From: Pseudomonadota bacterium
Lineage (GTDB): Bacteria; Desulfobacterota; Desulfobacteria; Desulfobacterales; JBDRRP01
DNA: 64,000 bases
Assembly (NCBI GenBank): GCA_043825735.1
Contig: JBDRRP010000057.1
Coordinates: 62,001 to 126,000, forward strand
Direction of reading: 5' to 3'
Shown here: piece by piece, positions 50,232-59,969 of the stretch
Position numbering within the stretch: position 1 is the first letter of the stretch
Layout of the letters: every line of letters begins with the position of its first letter
Program-made: the position numbers and the translations under genes
The notes under the pieces: generated by a model
The model's database searches: none
Told to the model about the DNA's origin: nothing
The model's input: the letters and a program-made list of their open reading frames with translations, nothing else

Positions 50232-52535
50232 ATGGACCAACAGGCACTGCGGGCGCTGGAATACCGGTGCATTCAGGAGGAGCCGCCCTGGTGTATTGCC
50301 GCCTGCCCGCTGCATGTGGATATCCGCGGGTTTGTAGGGCACATCGGCCACGGCCGCTGGGCGGATGCCTGGAAGGTGCTTCGCAAGCATCTGCCGGTGC
50401 CCGGCATTTTGGGGCGCATCTGCGATGCTCCCTGTGAAGCGCGCTGCAAACGGCAGGAAGCCGGCGGCGCCGTTCGTATCGGCGCCCTGGAGCGGGCCTG
50501 CGTCGGGACCGACCCGCCCGCGCTCCGCGTCCAACGCCTACCGTCCAAGGGGAAAACAGTGGCCGTTGCAGGCAGCGGCCTGAGCAGCCTGACCGTGGCC
50601 TGGGATCTGGTACGAAAAGGCTATGCCGTTACCGTTTTCGAATCACGGGATGCACCGGGGGCATCGCTCTTGTGTCATGGTTTCAACAGGTTGCCTGCCG
50701 TTGTGATCGCCTCGGAAACGTCCGTACTCACCCGATGGGGCGTTCAGTTCGAATGCGGCAGCGACCCGGAGACCCCGGCGGTGGTCGCCCATTGTCTCGG
50801 GGCGTTCGACGCAGTGTATCTGGGGCTCGACGCTGTCGCCGGCGGGCTGGCGTGGGATGCCGGGCGCGGCGGCGACGGTGTGATCCGGATAAATCCAGGC
50901 ACCGGAGAGACGTCCCGCGAGGGGCTTTTTGCCGGCGGACGGACCGATTCATTGGTGTGGCAGGCGACCCAGGGACGCTGGGCCGCCACATCCATCGATC
51001 GGTTTCTGCAGGGCGTGTCCCTGACCGCCGGTCGCGACAGGGACGGCCCTTTTGAGACCAGGCTGTTTACCAGCCTGGCGGGTGTGGCGCCGCTGCCCCC
51101 GGTGGCGATGGCCGATGCCGACGCAGGTTACGCACCGGCGGAAGCCGAGGCCGAGGCATTGCGCTGCCTTCAGTGCGAATGCCTCGAGTGCGTCAAGGCG
51201 TGTGACTATTTGAAGCAATTTCGCGCCTATCCTAAAAAGTATGCCAGAGAAGTCTACAACAACCTGTCGATCGTGATGGGTGAGCACAAGGCCAACCGGC
51301 TGATCAATTCCTGCAGCCTGTGCGGTCTTTGCGAGCAGATCTGCCCCAACGACTTTGCCATGCAGGACCTTTGCTTGAGCGCGCGCCAGATCCTGGTGGA
51401 CACCGGCAAGATGCCGCCCTCGGCCCATGAGTTCGCCCTGCTGGATATGGCCTTCAGCCAGAGCCCGCGGTTTTCGATGGCCCGGCATCAGCCCGGTTAT
51501 AACGCGAGCGCCCACGTGTTTTTCCCGGGATGCCAGCTCTGCGCATCGGCGCCGGGGCAGGTCGATGCGGTTTATGCCCATCTGCGCGGCGCACTTGCGG
51601 GCGGGGTCGGGTTGATGCTGGGGTGCTGCGCGGCGCCGGCCCACTGGGCCGGGCGTCGTGAGTTGTTTGATGCGGCCGCAGCAAAAATAACGGAAAGCTG
51701 GGACGCCATGGGGCGGCCGGGGATGATTCTGGCCTGTTCCACCTGCCTGCGGATGTTCAAGGATCACCTACCCACGATTCCGACGCGCGCGCTCTGGTCG
51801 GTGCTTGAAACGCACCCGGCGGCTGCCGCTGCGGCCAGAGTTGCCAGGCCCTTGGCCATTCACGATCCCTGCACCACGCGCGCAGAAGCGGAACTTCAGG
51901 CATGCATCCGCCGGCTCCTGGCCGGCGCCGGATGCGAGACAGAAGAACTGGTGCTGGGGCGGGAGAAAACCGAATGCTGCGGATTTGGCGGGTTGATGCA
52001 AAACGCCAACCCGCAGCTCGCCCGGGAGGTGATCCGGCACCGGGCGCAGCGCAGCGACAGCGATTACATCACCTATTGTGCCATGTGCCGGGATACGCTG
52101 GCCGCTGCCGGAAAACGGGTGATCCATCTCTTGGATCTCTTCTTTCCCGATCCCGATCACCCCGAGCCGGCCCTTCGCCCGCGGCCGGGATGGAGCCGGC
52201 GGCAGGAAAACCGCGCTCGGCTCAAAGCGCGGCTGCTGGAAAGTCTATGGGGCGAGGTATCTGAAGAAAACCGCGATCACCCGCCCGTCACAGTGAAGAT
52301 ATCCCCGGAGGTGGCTGAGCGGCTGGACAAACGGCGCGTTCTGATCGACGATCTGAAGCAGGTCATCGCACACGCCGAGGCCAGTGGTGAGCGGTTTTTT
52401 CACTCTGAAAGCGGGCATTACATCGCGGCCCATACCCCTTACAAAGTCACCTTCTGGGTCGAGTACGCCCCCGTCGACGGGGGCTTCGCGGTGTATAACG
52501 CCTATACCCATCGCATGGCGGTGCTCGGCCCATGA
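50232..52535 (+). CDS. Pyridine nucleotide-disulfide oxidoreductase / Fe-S dicluster / CCG-domain protein (DVU_1558-like)
   Basis: CIAACP; GSGLSS; CLQCECLECVKAC; CSLCGLCEQICP; HDPC; CCGFGG. Confidence 0.88.
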   Translation: MDQQALRALEYRCIQEEPPWCIAACPLHVDIRGFVGHIGHGRWADAWKVLRKHLPVPGILGRICDAPCEARCKRQEAGGAVRIGALERACVGTDPPALRVQRLPSKGKTVAVAGSGLSSLTVAWDLVRKGYAVTVFESRDAPGASLLCHGFNRLPAVVIASETSVLTRWGVQFECGSDPETPAVVAHCLGAFDAVYLGLDAVAGGLAWDAGRGGDGVIRINPGTGETSREGLFAGGRTDSLVWQATQGRWAATSIDRFLQGVSLTAGRDRDGPFETRLFTSLAGVAPLPPVAMADADAGYAPAEAEAEALRCLQCECLECVKACDYLKQFRAYPKKYAREVYNNLSIVMGEHKANRLINSCSLCGLCEQICPNDFAMQDLCLSARQILVDTGKMPPSAHEFALLDMAFSQSPRFSMARHQPGYNASAHVFFPGCQLCASAPGQVDAVYAHLRGALAGGVGLMLGCCAAPAHWAGRRELFDAAAAKITESWDAMGRPGMILACSTCLRMFKDHLPTIPTRALWSVLETHPAAAAAARVARPLAIHDPCTTRAEAELQACIRRLLAGAGCETEELVLGREKTECCGFGGLMQNANPQLAREVIRHRAQRSDSDYITYCAMCRDTLAAAGKRVIHLLDLFFPDPDHPEPALRPRPGWSRRQENRARLKARLLESLWGEVSEENRDHPPVTVKISPEVAERLDKRRVLIDDLKQVIAHAEASGERFFHSESGHYIAAHTPYKVTFWVEYAPVDGGFAVYNAYTHRMAVLGP

Positions 52536-52744
52536 AATCAGACACGGTGCGGCCCGAAGATCTTGAGTGGCGATGCGCCCCCTGCGGCCGGGAGCTGGTT
52601 GTCGGTCCGGTCAACGTGGCCTATATGGGCCATCGCTTTACCGCGGATTTGCCCTATTGCCCGGACTGCAAAAAAGTGTTGATCCCGGAGCCGGTGGCGC
52701 TCGGCAAGATGGCCGAAGTCGAACAACTGCTGGAAGATAAATGA
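52532..52744 (+). CDS. DVU_1557 family small CxxC redox protein
   Basis: WRCAPC...LPYCPDC...MAEVEQLLEDK; overlaps both neighbours. Confidence 0.85.
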   Translation: MKSDTVRPEDLEWRCAPCGRELVVGPVNVAYMGHRFTADLPYCPDCKKVLIPEPVALGKMAEVEQLLEDK

Positions 52745-53469
52745 GCCCGGTCAATCTATATGAATCAGACGCAATGCGGGTCGTAACCGGCCCGCTCATC
52801 CGGCCCGGCGGATTCGCGGTGACGGATCGGGGACTGGCCTGCTGCCCGTTGACAGCCGGAGATCGCGTCCTGGATGTCGGTTGCGGGACCGGCGCGGTTG
52901 TCGATTATCTGCGGCGCCATCACGGTCTGGCGGCCGCGGGGATCGATCTTTGCGCCGCCCTGCTCACCGAGGGCGCAAAAGCCCATGGCGGAGCGCCCCT
53001 GATGCGCGGGCGGGCCGAGCAGCTTCCGGTGGCCGCCGGCCGCTTCAGCGCGGTGCTGAGTGAATGCGTGCTGTCTCTGTGCGCCGATCCCCACGCCGTG
53101 TTGCGCGAGGCGTGGCGGGTTCTGATACCCGGCGGGCATCTCATCTTGACGGATATTTATGCCCGGATGCCGGTGGTTGCGGCAGTGGCGGAACGCGTAC
53201 CGGTCAACAGTTGCCTGCGGGGCGCCGTTGACCGGCTTACCGTGGAAAGCCGTATCGCGGCCGCGGGTTTTGATGGCGTCTTTTGGGAAGACCACACCCC
53301 GGCGTTAATCCATTTGGCCGCCGAGATGGTCTGGAACTTTGGGTCCCTGGATGAATTCTGGGCAGCGGTGGGCGGTCCCGACACGGCCGCAGCCATGAGT
53401 CGGGGCGGCGGTTGCGGGTGCCGCCGTCCGGGGTATTATCTGCTGGTGGCGCGAAAGTGTGGGGGATAA
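52741..53469 (+). CDS. trsM: DVU_1556 family SAM-dependent methyltransferase
   Basis: RPGG; VLDVGCGTG; ECVLS; PGYYLLVARK; cluster context. Confidence 0.85.
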   Translation: MSPVNLYESDAMRVVTGPLIRPGGFAVTDRGLACCPLTAGDRVLDVGCGTGAVVDYLRRHHGLAAAGIDLCAALLTEGAKAHGGAPLMRGRAEQLPVAAGRFSAVLSECVLSLCADPHAVLREAWRVLIPGGHLILTDIYARMPVVAAVAERVPVNSCLRGAVDRLTVESRIAAAGFDGVFWEDHTPALIHLAAEMVWNFGSLDEFWAAVGGPDTAAAMSRGGGCGCRRPGYYLLVARKCGG

Positions 53470-53482
53470 GTCGAGGCATACC

Positions 53483-53917
53483 ATGGACGATACGCTGATA
53501 CGCATGATGCAATTGGGCCGGAAGGGCTACACGTGCAGCCAGATCATCATGCTGCTGGGGCTGGACGTGCGCGGGGAGAGCAATCCGGGACTGGTGCGGG
53601 CTATGAGCGGTCTGGCCTACGGGTGCGGCAGCGGTCGCGGCAGTTGCGGCACGCTTACCGGCGGGTGCTGCCTGTTGGCCCTGTACGCCGGAAAAGGCGG
53701 CGATGGAGAGACCGCCTCAGATCGCCTGGCGCTCATGCTTCAGGAGCTGACCGAATGGTTTGCCGAGCGCGTCGGCTGCACCGACAGGGAAATGAGCTGC
53801 GATGCCATCGTGGGCGACGGCGGTCCGGCTGCTTCGCGCCAGCGCTGCGGGGAGCTTGTGGCCGACACCGTCGCCAAGGTTATGGAAATTCTGACCGCCA
53901 ATGACATTGATCCCTGA
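53483..53917 (+). CDS. DVU_1555 family C-GCAxxG-C-C protein
   Basis: GYTCSQI; CGTLTGGCC; later C...C pair. Confidence 0.85.
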   Translation: MDDTLIRMMQLGRKGYTCSQIIMLLGLDVRGESNPGLVRAMSGLAYGCGSGRGSCGTLTGGCCLLALYAGKGGDGETASDRLALMLQELTEWFAERVGCTDREMSCDAIVGDGGPAASRQRCGELVADTVAKVMEILTANDIDP

Positions 53918-53923
53918 GGGCAA

Positions 53924-54017
53924 TGAATCACCACGAAGTCACGGAGTACACGGAGAAGCTCAAACGCAGTTGATTTTGATTGCAGAATCTCCGTGTCCTC
54001 CGTGACTCCGTGATTCA
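53924..54017. repeat. Palindromic element with 9-bp periodic arms inside the mop operon
   Basis: TGAATCACCACGAAGTCACGGAGTACACGGAG...CTCCGTGTCCTCCGTGACTCCGTGATTCA. Confidence 0.8.
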
Positions 54018-54082
54018 ACATCACTGTTGGGATGAGATCCGCTGGCGCTTTCTGGTTAACGGATTTTGGGGAGAAAAGCTTA

Positions 54083-55483
54083 TTGCCGGTCTTGACCGAT
54101 AGAATCCATACCGAAAGCTTGTGCCCGGTCTGCCTGAAGCGCCTGCCGGCGCAGCGGTTGCTCGCGGGAGACGAGGTCCATCTGGTCAAAACCTGCCCTC
54201 AGCACGGTGAATTTCGCACCCCCGTCTGGCGGGGAATGCCGGCCTTCGAGCACTGGCAACGGCCCAAGATACCGGTCGCACCGCCGGTGCTTTTGAGCCT
54301 TCGGGAAAAAGGCTGCCCGTTCGATTGCGGGCTCTGCGGCGATCATCGGCAGCGGTCCTGTACGATCATTATCGAAGTCACTCGGCGCTGCGATCTGGCC
54401 TGTTCGTATTGTTTTGCCGCCGCGCCTTCCCACGGACCCGAGCCTTCCCTGGAAGCGCTCGCCGAGCTGTTTCGCCGTGCGGCGCAAGCCGGGCCGGGAA
54501 GCAATATCCAGTTGTCCGGCGGCGAGCCGACCTTGCGCGACGATTTGCCCGCCATTGTGGCAAAAGGCAAGGCGCTGGGGTTTCATTTTATTCAGGTCAA
54601 CACCAACGGCGTGCGACTTGGCCGGGACCCGGCGTTTGTCGAAGCCTTGAAACAGGCGGGGCTGGCTTCGGTATTTCTGCAATTTGACGGCACCGAGGAC
54701 GATATCTACCGCCGCCTCAGGGGGCGCCCGCTGGTTCAGGAGAAACGCGCCGCCATCGAGGCCTGCGCCGCGCACGGCATCGGCGTCGTTCTGGTACCGA
54801 CCGTGGTCCCCGGCGTCAATACCCACCATATCGGCGCCATTCTTCAGGCCGCCCTTGACTGGGTGCCGGCGGTGCGCGGCGTCCATTTCCAGCCGGTCAG
54901 TTATTTCGGGCGTTATTCCGGCGCGCCCGATGCGGCGGCGCGCATTACCCTGCCGGAGGTGATTGCCGCCATCGAAGACCAGAGCGGCGGGCTGTTTCAG
55001 GCGGCGCATTTCGGGCCGCCGGGGTGCGAAAACGCACTGTGCTCGTTTCACGGCCAATTCATAAAAATGCCCGGCGGGAAAGTGATGCCTCTGAAAACAC
55101 CCGCCTCGGGAGCGTGCTGTGCGGCCCCCATCAACGCCGATGTGGGCGCTGCCCGGGCCATATCCGCCGTGGCGCGGCAATGGACCGGGCGTGCGCTGCG
55201 GCTGACCGGGACAGCGGCGGACGATGCCTGTGCTTGCCAGGGTGCCGGGGCACCGCCCGGCAACAAAGAAGGACCCGTGCCCTTGAGCCTGGATACCTTT
55301 ATCGACCGGGCGCGCACCCATACGTTTTCGGTTTCGGCCATGGCGTTTCAGGATGCCTGGACCGTGGCACTGGACCGTGTTCGTGATTGCTGCATCCATG
55401 TAATGGCCCCCGACGGCCGGCTGATCCCCTTTTGTCTCTACAATCTCACCGCAACCGACGGCAGGAGGCTGTATCGTCTGTGA
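54083..55483 (+). CDS. trsS: Radical SAM protein TrsS (DVU_1554 family), Cys form
   Basis: TESLCPVC; KTCPQHG; CPFDCGLC..H; CDLACSYC; SGGEP; DCCIHV; IPFC; start uncertain (TTG after GGGGAG). Confidence 0.88.
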   Translation: MPVLTDRIHTESLCPVCLKRLPAQRLLAGDEVHLVKTCPQHGEFRTPVWRGMPAFEHWQRPKIPVAPPVLLSLREKGCPFDCGLCGDHRQRSCTIIIEVTRRCDLACSYCFAAAPSHGPEPSLEALAELFRRAAQAGPGSNIQLSGGEPTLRDDLPAIVAKGKALGFHFIQVNTNGVRLGRDPAFVEALKQAGLASVFLQFDGTEDDIYRRLRGRPLVQEKRAAIEACAAHGIGVVLVPTVVPGVNTHHIGAILQAALDWVPAVRGVHFQPVSYFGRYSGAPDAAARITLPEVIAAIEDQSGGLFQAAHFGPPGCENALCSFHGQFIKMPGGKVMPLKTPASGACCAAPINADVGAARAISAVARQWTGRALRLTGTAADDACACQGAGAPPGNKEGPVPLSLDTFIDRARTHTFSVSAMAFQDAWTVALDRVRDCCIHVMAPDGRLIPFCLYNLTATDGRRLYRL

Positions 55484-56502
55484 CGCACCTGTCAATAACA
55501 CCTCTGGAGGCCTGGGTCGCGGCCCGGATCGGCGCACCGGCCGATCAGGGGTTGCCCCGGCAGATGCTGAGGGACTACCAGCTTGCAAAGCTCCGGGACA
55601 CGCTGCATGTCGTCAAACGCCGCAGCCCTTTTTACCGGCGTCATTTGGCCGCCCACGCTCCGGAGGCCCTGCAGTGCCTGAACGATCTGGGCGGGTGGCC
55701 GCTGACCAGTGCCGATGATTTGAGAAAAGATCCGCTATCGTTTTTGTGTGTTTCCCAGAGCGCGGTGCAGCGGGTGGTGACGCTGCCGACCCGGTTGCCG
55801 GAAGAGCGCCCACGACGCCTTTTTTTCAGTGCCGGCGATCTGGAATTGGCCATCGATTTTTTTCACCATGGGTTCAGTAAACTGGTGGCTTCCGGGCAGC
55901 GGATGCTCGTTATGATGCCCAGCCGGCGGCCTGACAGCGTGGGCGATCTGCTGGCACGGGGGCTGGCCCGCCTTTCGGTGACGGCAATCGCCCACGGACC
56001 GATGCAATCGCCCGAAGCCGTGGTGGATGTCGCGCTGAGAGAACACATCGATTGTATGGTGGGGCCGCCTTCGGAGATGATCTGCCTGGTGCGTTATTCC
56101 GGCGCCGCCCGCATACCGCCAGGGCAAATCCGGAGTGTCTGGCTGGGTACGGAAAATACCCGCCGTTCCACGGTGGATGAGATCAGCCGCTATTGGGACT
56201 GCCCGGTGTATCAGCACTACGGTGTGGCCGAGCTGTGTCCGGGCGGCGGGGCGCAATGCGGTGCCCGTGACGGTTTTCATCTGCGCGAGGCGGATGTGTT
56301 CATCGAGATCGTGGACCCCCGGACGGGCCGGCCGGCACCGGACGGCACCGCAGGGGAGGTGGTGGCGACCACGCTCACCCGCCAGGCCATGCCGTTGGTG
56401 CGCTACCGGACCGGGCATTTGGCCGCCATCATGACAGCGCCCTGCCCCTGCGGCAGCCGATTGCGTCGGCTGACATCGATTTTACATCGATTCGCCGGTT
56501 AA
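55480..56502 (+). CDS. DVU_1553 family AMP-dependent CoA ligase-like protein (PaaK-like) with a degenerate P-loop
   Basis: HYG..E; EIVDP; GEVV.TTL...AMPLVRYRTG; CPCGS; TSGTTG motif absent. Confidence 0.8.
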   Translation: MTHLSITPLEAWVAARIGAPADQGLPRQMLRDYQLAKLRDTLHVVKRRSPFYRRHLAAHAPEALQCLNDLGGWPLTSADDLRKDPLSFLCVSQSAVQRVVTLPTRLPEERPRRLFFSAGDLELAIDFFHHGFSKLVASGQRMLVMMPSRRPDSVGDLLARGLARLSVTAIAHGPMQSPEAVVDVALREHIDCMVGPPSEMICLVRYSGAARIPPGQIRSVWLGTENTRRSTVDEISRYWDCPVYQHYGVAELCPGGGAQCGARDGFHLREADVFIEIVDPRTGRPAPDGTAGEVVATTLTRQAMPLVRYRTGHLAAIMTAPCPCGSRLRRLTSILHRFAG

Positions 56503-56593
56503 AGCACCATCTTCAAGTTGACCTTGCGTGAAGTACTGAATATGAACCACCAAGAACCTGTCGCGGCATTGCCGCAACCCAGAACCGTCGCCC

Positions 56594-56778
56594 GCGCAGA
56601 GACGCCGAGGCGCAGAGAACACCCGTTATCGAAGTCATTTAAGTTTGATGAAACCGTAAAAAAGTAATTTTCTCGCTAAGGCGCTAAGCACACAAAGAAA
56701 TTTTATTTAATATCAATGCCTTATCTTTGCGCTCTTTGCGGCTTTGCGAGAGACCCCGACTTTTTACGGGACTATCAA
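56594..56778. repeat. Nested palindromic repeat cluster
   Basis: Half element CGCGCAGAGACGCCGAGGCGCAGAG; outer IR TTGAT..CCGTAAAAA / TTTTTACGG..ATCAA (56645-56778) enclosing TCTCGC...GCGAGA (56671-56751). Confidence 0.75.
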
Positions 56779-56834
56779 GTTTGGTGCAATAACAGATCTC
56801 GAAAAACCGCCAGCGCTGAAAGGAGCTTTGTCCA

Positions 56835-57884
56835 ATGGACCCCATTGTTTCCGCCGCGTGTGAACTGCTATCTGAAGGGAAAGCATTTGTCCTGGCCACC
56901 ATCACCAGTCAGCAGGGGTCGACCCCCCGGACGGCCGGAACGCGAATGTTGATCACCGCGGCGCAGGCAATCTTCGGCACCATCGGCGGCGGTCTTTTAG
57001 AGGCCAGGACCATGCAGGCCGCAGCGGTGATGACCGACGCCGCACCCGCTCGATTTCTGAGCTTTGATCTGACCAATCATGAGGCCGCGGCCATGGAGAT
57101 GATTTGCGGCGGCCGGGTCGAAGTGCTTTTGGATTATATCGGACCCACAGAAGAGAACCGGGCGCTCTTCACCGGCTGGCGCGCGGCGCTGTCCCAGGGA
57201 CGTAAGGCGATGCTGGTCTCCGTGGTGGTCGGCAGCAAAACGCAGATCGAGCGGATCGATCATGCGCTTTTAGGTGACGACGGCGGAGTGCTGGGCGCTC
57301 TGGAATGTTCTTCTGAGGTGAAAGCGCAGTTGTCTTCTCTGGCGGCAACGTCAGTGGGTGTTCAAGTCCTGAACCTGGAAGGCAGACTATGGGTGGCGCA
57401 TCCGGGTGACATTGCCCCGACGATTTATCTCTTCGGCGCAGGCCACGTTGCCCGGCCCACGGCTCATCTGGCGGCTATGGTGGGGTTTTCCGTGGTGGTG
57501 CTGGACGACCGGCCGGATTTCGCCGATGCCGGCCGTTTTCCCGATGCCGCGGCAGTGAAGACGCTGCCGAGTTTTGATGCCGCTTTCGAGGGGCTGGAGG
57601 TCACTGATGACACTTACATCATCATCGTCACCCGGGGTCACCTCCATGACCGGGATGTGCTGGCAAAAGCGCTGAAGACACCGGCCGCCTATATCGGCAT
57701 GATCGGCAGCCGGCGAAAGCGCGATACCATTTACGAGAGCCTGTTGAAAGATGGTTATACTGCCGGCGATATCGCCCGGGTGCACAGCCCCATCGGTTTG
57801 GCCATCGGTGCGGACAGCCCGGAGGAAATCGCTGTGAGCATCGTGGCCGAACTGATCGCCGTGCGGGCAGGAATAAATACATAA
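56835..57884 (+). CDS. xdhC: XdhC family molybdoenzyme maturation factor
   Basis: GSTPR; GTIGGG; MICGG; FGAGHVA; TRGH; YIGMIGSRRK; PIGL; PEEIAVSIVAE. Confidence 0.93.
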   Translation: MDPIVSAACELLSEGKAFVLATITSQQGSTPRTAGTRMLITAAQAIFGTIGGGLLEARTMQAAAVMTDAAPARFLSFDLTNHEAAAMEMICGGRVEVLLDYIGPTEENRALFTGWRAALSQGRKAMLVSVVVGSKTQIERIDHALLGDDGGVLGALECSSEVKAQLSSLAATSVGVQVLNLEGRLWVAHPGDIAPTIYLFGAGHVARPTAHLAAMVGFSVVVLDDRPDFADAGRFPDAAAVKTLPSFDAAFEGLEVTDDTYIIIVTRGHLHDRDVLAKALKTPAAYIGMIGSRRKRDTIYESLLKDGYTAGDIARVHSPIGLAIGADSPEEIAVSIVAELIAVRAGINT

Positions 57885-58047
57885 GGGCGTCATTCGCATG
57901 CTCCAGTCCCGCATTGTGGGCATGCCGATGTCAGGTTCAGATCTATTTAAAATCGATCCGGATTATGGCGCGCTAACAACCATTGAAACAGCGCCGGATG
58001 GGTGCCGGGTGCTGGATGCAAACCGTTCTTTCGAGAATATTTGGTAA
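57877..58047 (+). pseudogene. C-terminal remnant of a histidine phosphatase family gene
   Basis: Reads IHKGVIRMLQSRIVGMPMSGSDLFKIDPDYGALTTIE...RVLDAN; in-frame TAA immediately upstream; no RHG N-terminus. Confidence 0.6.
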
Positions 58048-58418
58048 AATATGAGCGCCGCTCTGAGAATAAGTAAAGAAAATCCCGGTAATAGATTCGG
58101 TTATAAAAAAGGCGCCCCTGAACATCCCGGAGTTGTCAGGCTGAAAGCACGATTCGGTATTGACTTATGCAAAGTGAATCGGGTAGTAAAAATTATCCCT
58201 CAATTTAAGCAGCACTTCAAGTCCGCCGCTTCTTAATCGACCGCTCCCCGTTCAGGCTGCTTTAATTGTAGCCCGATCCCCGGCCAAAGAAATCGTAACA
58301 GAAAGATCGATCCGATCGACCGTTGGCATTCCTGGTTATGGAGCAGCGTGTCTTCGCTATGAATAAAGGCATGAACGTCAAGATTGCTCGTAATCAATCA
58401 ACAGTGGAGGATTAAGTC

Positions 58419-59936
58419 ATGAAAGTGGGCGACGAAGTTTTTATCAGTTATCCGTCCGCCGTTCAGTTTGAGACGAAGGGCGCTCCCGGTGCCACGAAGG
58501 GCAAAAAACCGATTAACGAGCTTTTGTGGGGCGACTGGGCAAGCATCGAAACCATTGATGGCGAATGGGTGGGCATCCGATCACGCGGCCGCAGTGGGTG
58601 GGTCAACCAAAAGAACCTTCAGGCCAATCGACTTCTGGAGGTGAATTTTGTTGATATCGGTCAGGGCGATGGATGCCATATCCAGACGCCGGAAGACAAG
58701 GCCATCGTTATTGACGCCGGAGAGGGCGATAACATGTATCGCTTTCTGCGCTGGCGGTTCGGTAAGTTTGCCCAGAAGTTTACGTTCGAATCGTTCATCA
58801 TCACTCATCCGGACAAAGATCACTATTTTGGCTTTACACCGTTGCTGGAAAGCGACAAGGTGTTCGCCGAGGTCCTGTATCACAATACCATCGTCGAACA
58901 GGTGGCCGCCGGAAAGAGCACGCTTGGGGCCGAAAAAAAGGTGAATGGCACCACATATATCACCGGTCTTGTCCAGACGATGGATGATCTCAAAAAAATC
59001 ACGGACAGCAGTGCCCGGCGTGGCAAGCGGGTTTACCCCAAAATGCTAAAAACCGCCGTCGATTCCGGCCGCGTGAAGGACATTGTCGGGCTTCTGTCCA
59101 GTGCGGACTGGACAGCGCCCATCTATCTGCCGGGCTACGGCCCGCAGGACAATCGGGGAATGACCTTGAAAATCCTCGGACCGGTGCCTCAATACCTTCA
59201 ACCCGGAAAGCTCGGCCTGCCGAAACTGGGGAGTCAGGGCGTGACCAAAAATGGTCACTCGGTAGTTTTACTTCTTGAAACCGGAACCGTCAGAATATTT
59301 CTTGGCGGAGATCTCAACACATCATCTCAGGACTACCTGTTAGAGCATTACACGGGACTTGATCCGAATCCGAAGACGCCTGCGGCCGTGGAAATGTTGG
59401 CCACCGAGGGGCGAAAGCATTTGCAGGTCGATATCGCCAAGGCATGCCACCATGGCAGCGCCGATGTATCTACCAATTTCCTGCAGGCAACCAATCCGCT
59501 TGTGACCATTGTTTCAAGCGGGGATGACGAGCCGCATTCCCACCCGCGTCCAGACACGCTGGGGCTAATCGGAAAATACAGCCGTTCGGAGCGGCCGCTG
59601 ATTTTTTCCACCGAGCTGGCCCGATCGGGCAATGAGAGCATCAAACATCCTAATATCGTGAGGCGCGAGCTGCGTGCGGCAATCGATAAGGAGACGGCGA
59701 TTCTCAAGGATCCGGCAGCCACAGAAGCACAGAAGCAAAAGGCGGATGAGCGCCTTGAGGCCCATCTTTCAGTCATTCAACGATCTGTCGCAAATTACGG
59801 GATGATCAATGTGCGGACCGATGGTGATCGCGTGATCATCGCCCAGCGCCTTGAAAGGGCGCGTTCCAAATCAAAGCGCTGGGATATCTACCGGTTTGAG
59901 AGCGATGCCCGCGGTCGTTTGAACTATATTCGGTAA
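58419..59936 (+). CDS. MBL-fold (ComEC/Rec2-like) metallohydrolase with N-terminal SH3-like domain
   Basis: DIGQGD; IDAG; THPDKDH; GDLN; HHGS; HSHPR; N-terminal LLWGDW...GWV; RBS GGAGG; no TM or signal peptide. Confidence 0.85.
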   Translation: MKVGDEVFISYPSAVQFETKGAPGATKGKKPINELLWGDWASIETIDGEWVGIRSRGRSGWVNQKNLQANRLLEVNFVDIGQGDGCHIQTPEDKAIVIDAGEGDNMYRFLRWRFGKFAQKFTFESFIITHPDKDHYFGFTPLLESDKVFAEVLYHNTIVEQVAAGKSTLGAEKKVNGTTYITGLVQTMDDLKKITDSSARRGKRVYPKMLKTAVDSGRVKDIVGLLSSADWTAPIYLPGYGPQDNRGMTLKILGPVPQYLQPGKLGLPKLGSQGVTKNGHSVVLLLETGTVRIFLGGDLNTSSQDYLLEHYTGLDPNPKTPAAVEMLATEGRKHLQVDIAKACHHGSADVSTNFLQATNPLVTIVSSGDDEPHSHPRPDTLGLIGKYSRSERPLIFSTELARSGNESIKHPNIVRRELRAAIDKETAILKDPAATEAQKQKADERLEAHLSVIQRSVANYGMINVRTDGDRVIIAQRLERARSKSKRWDIYRFESDARGRLNYIR

Positions 59937-59969
59937 GGCAGAAATCGAAATGCAACCTGGGAGAAAACA

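Noticed and set aside
47319..50534. Long antisense ORFs (also 29631-31643, 42368-44071, 19748-21298, 54080-55588)
   Set aside because: Shadow frames of well-supported genes, expected from high-GC codon bias
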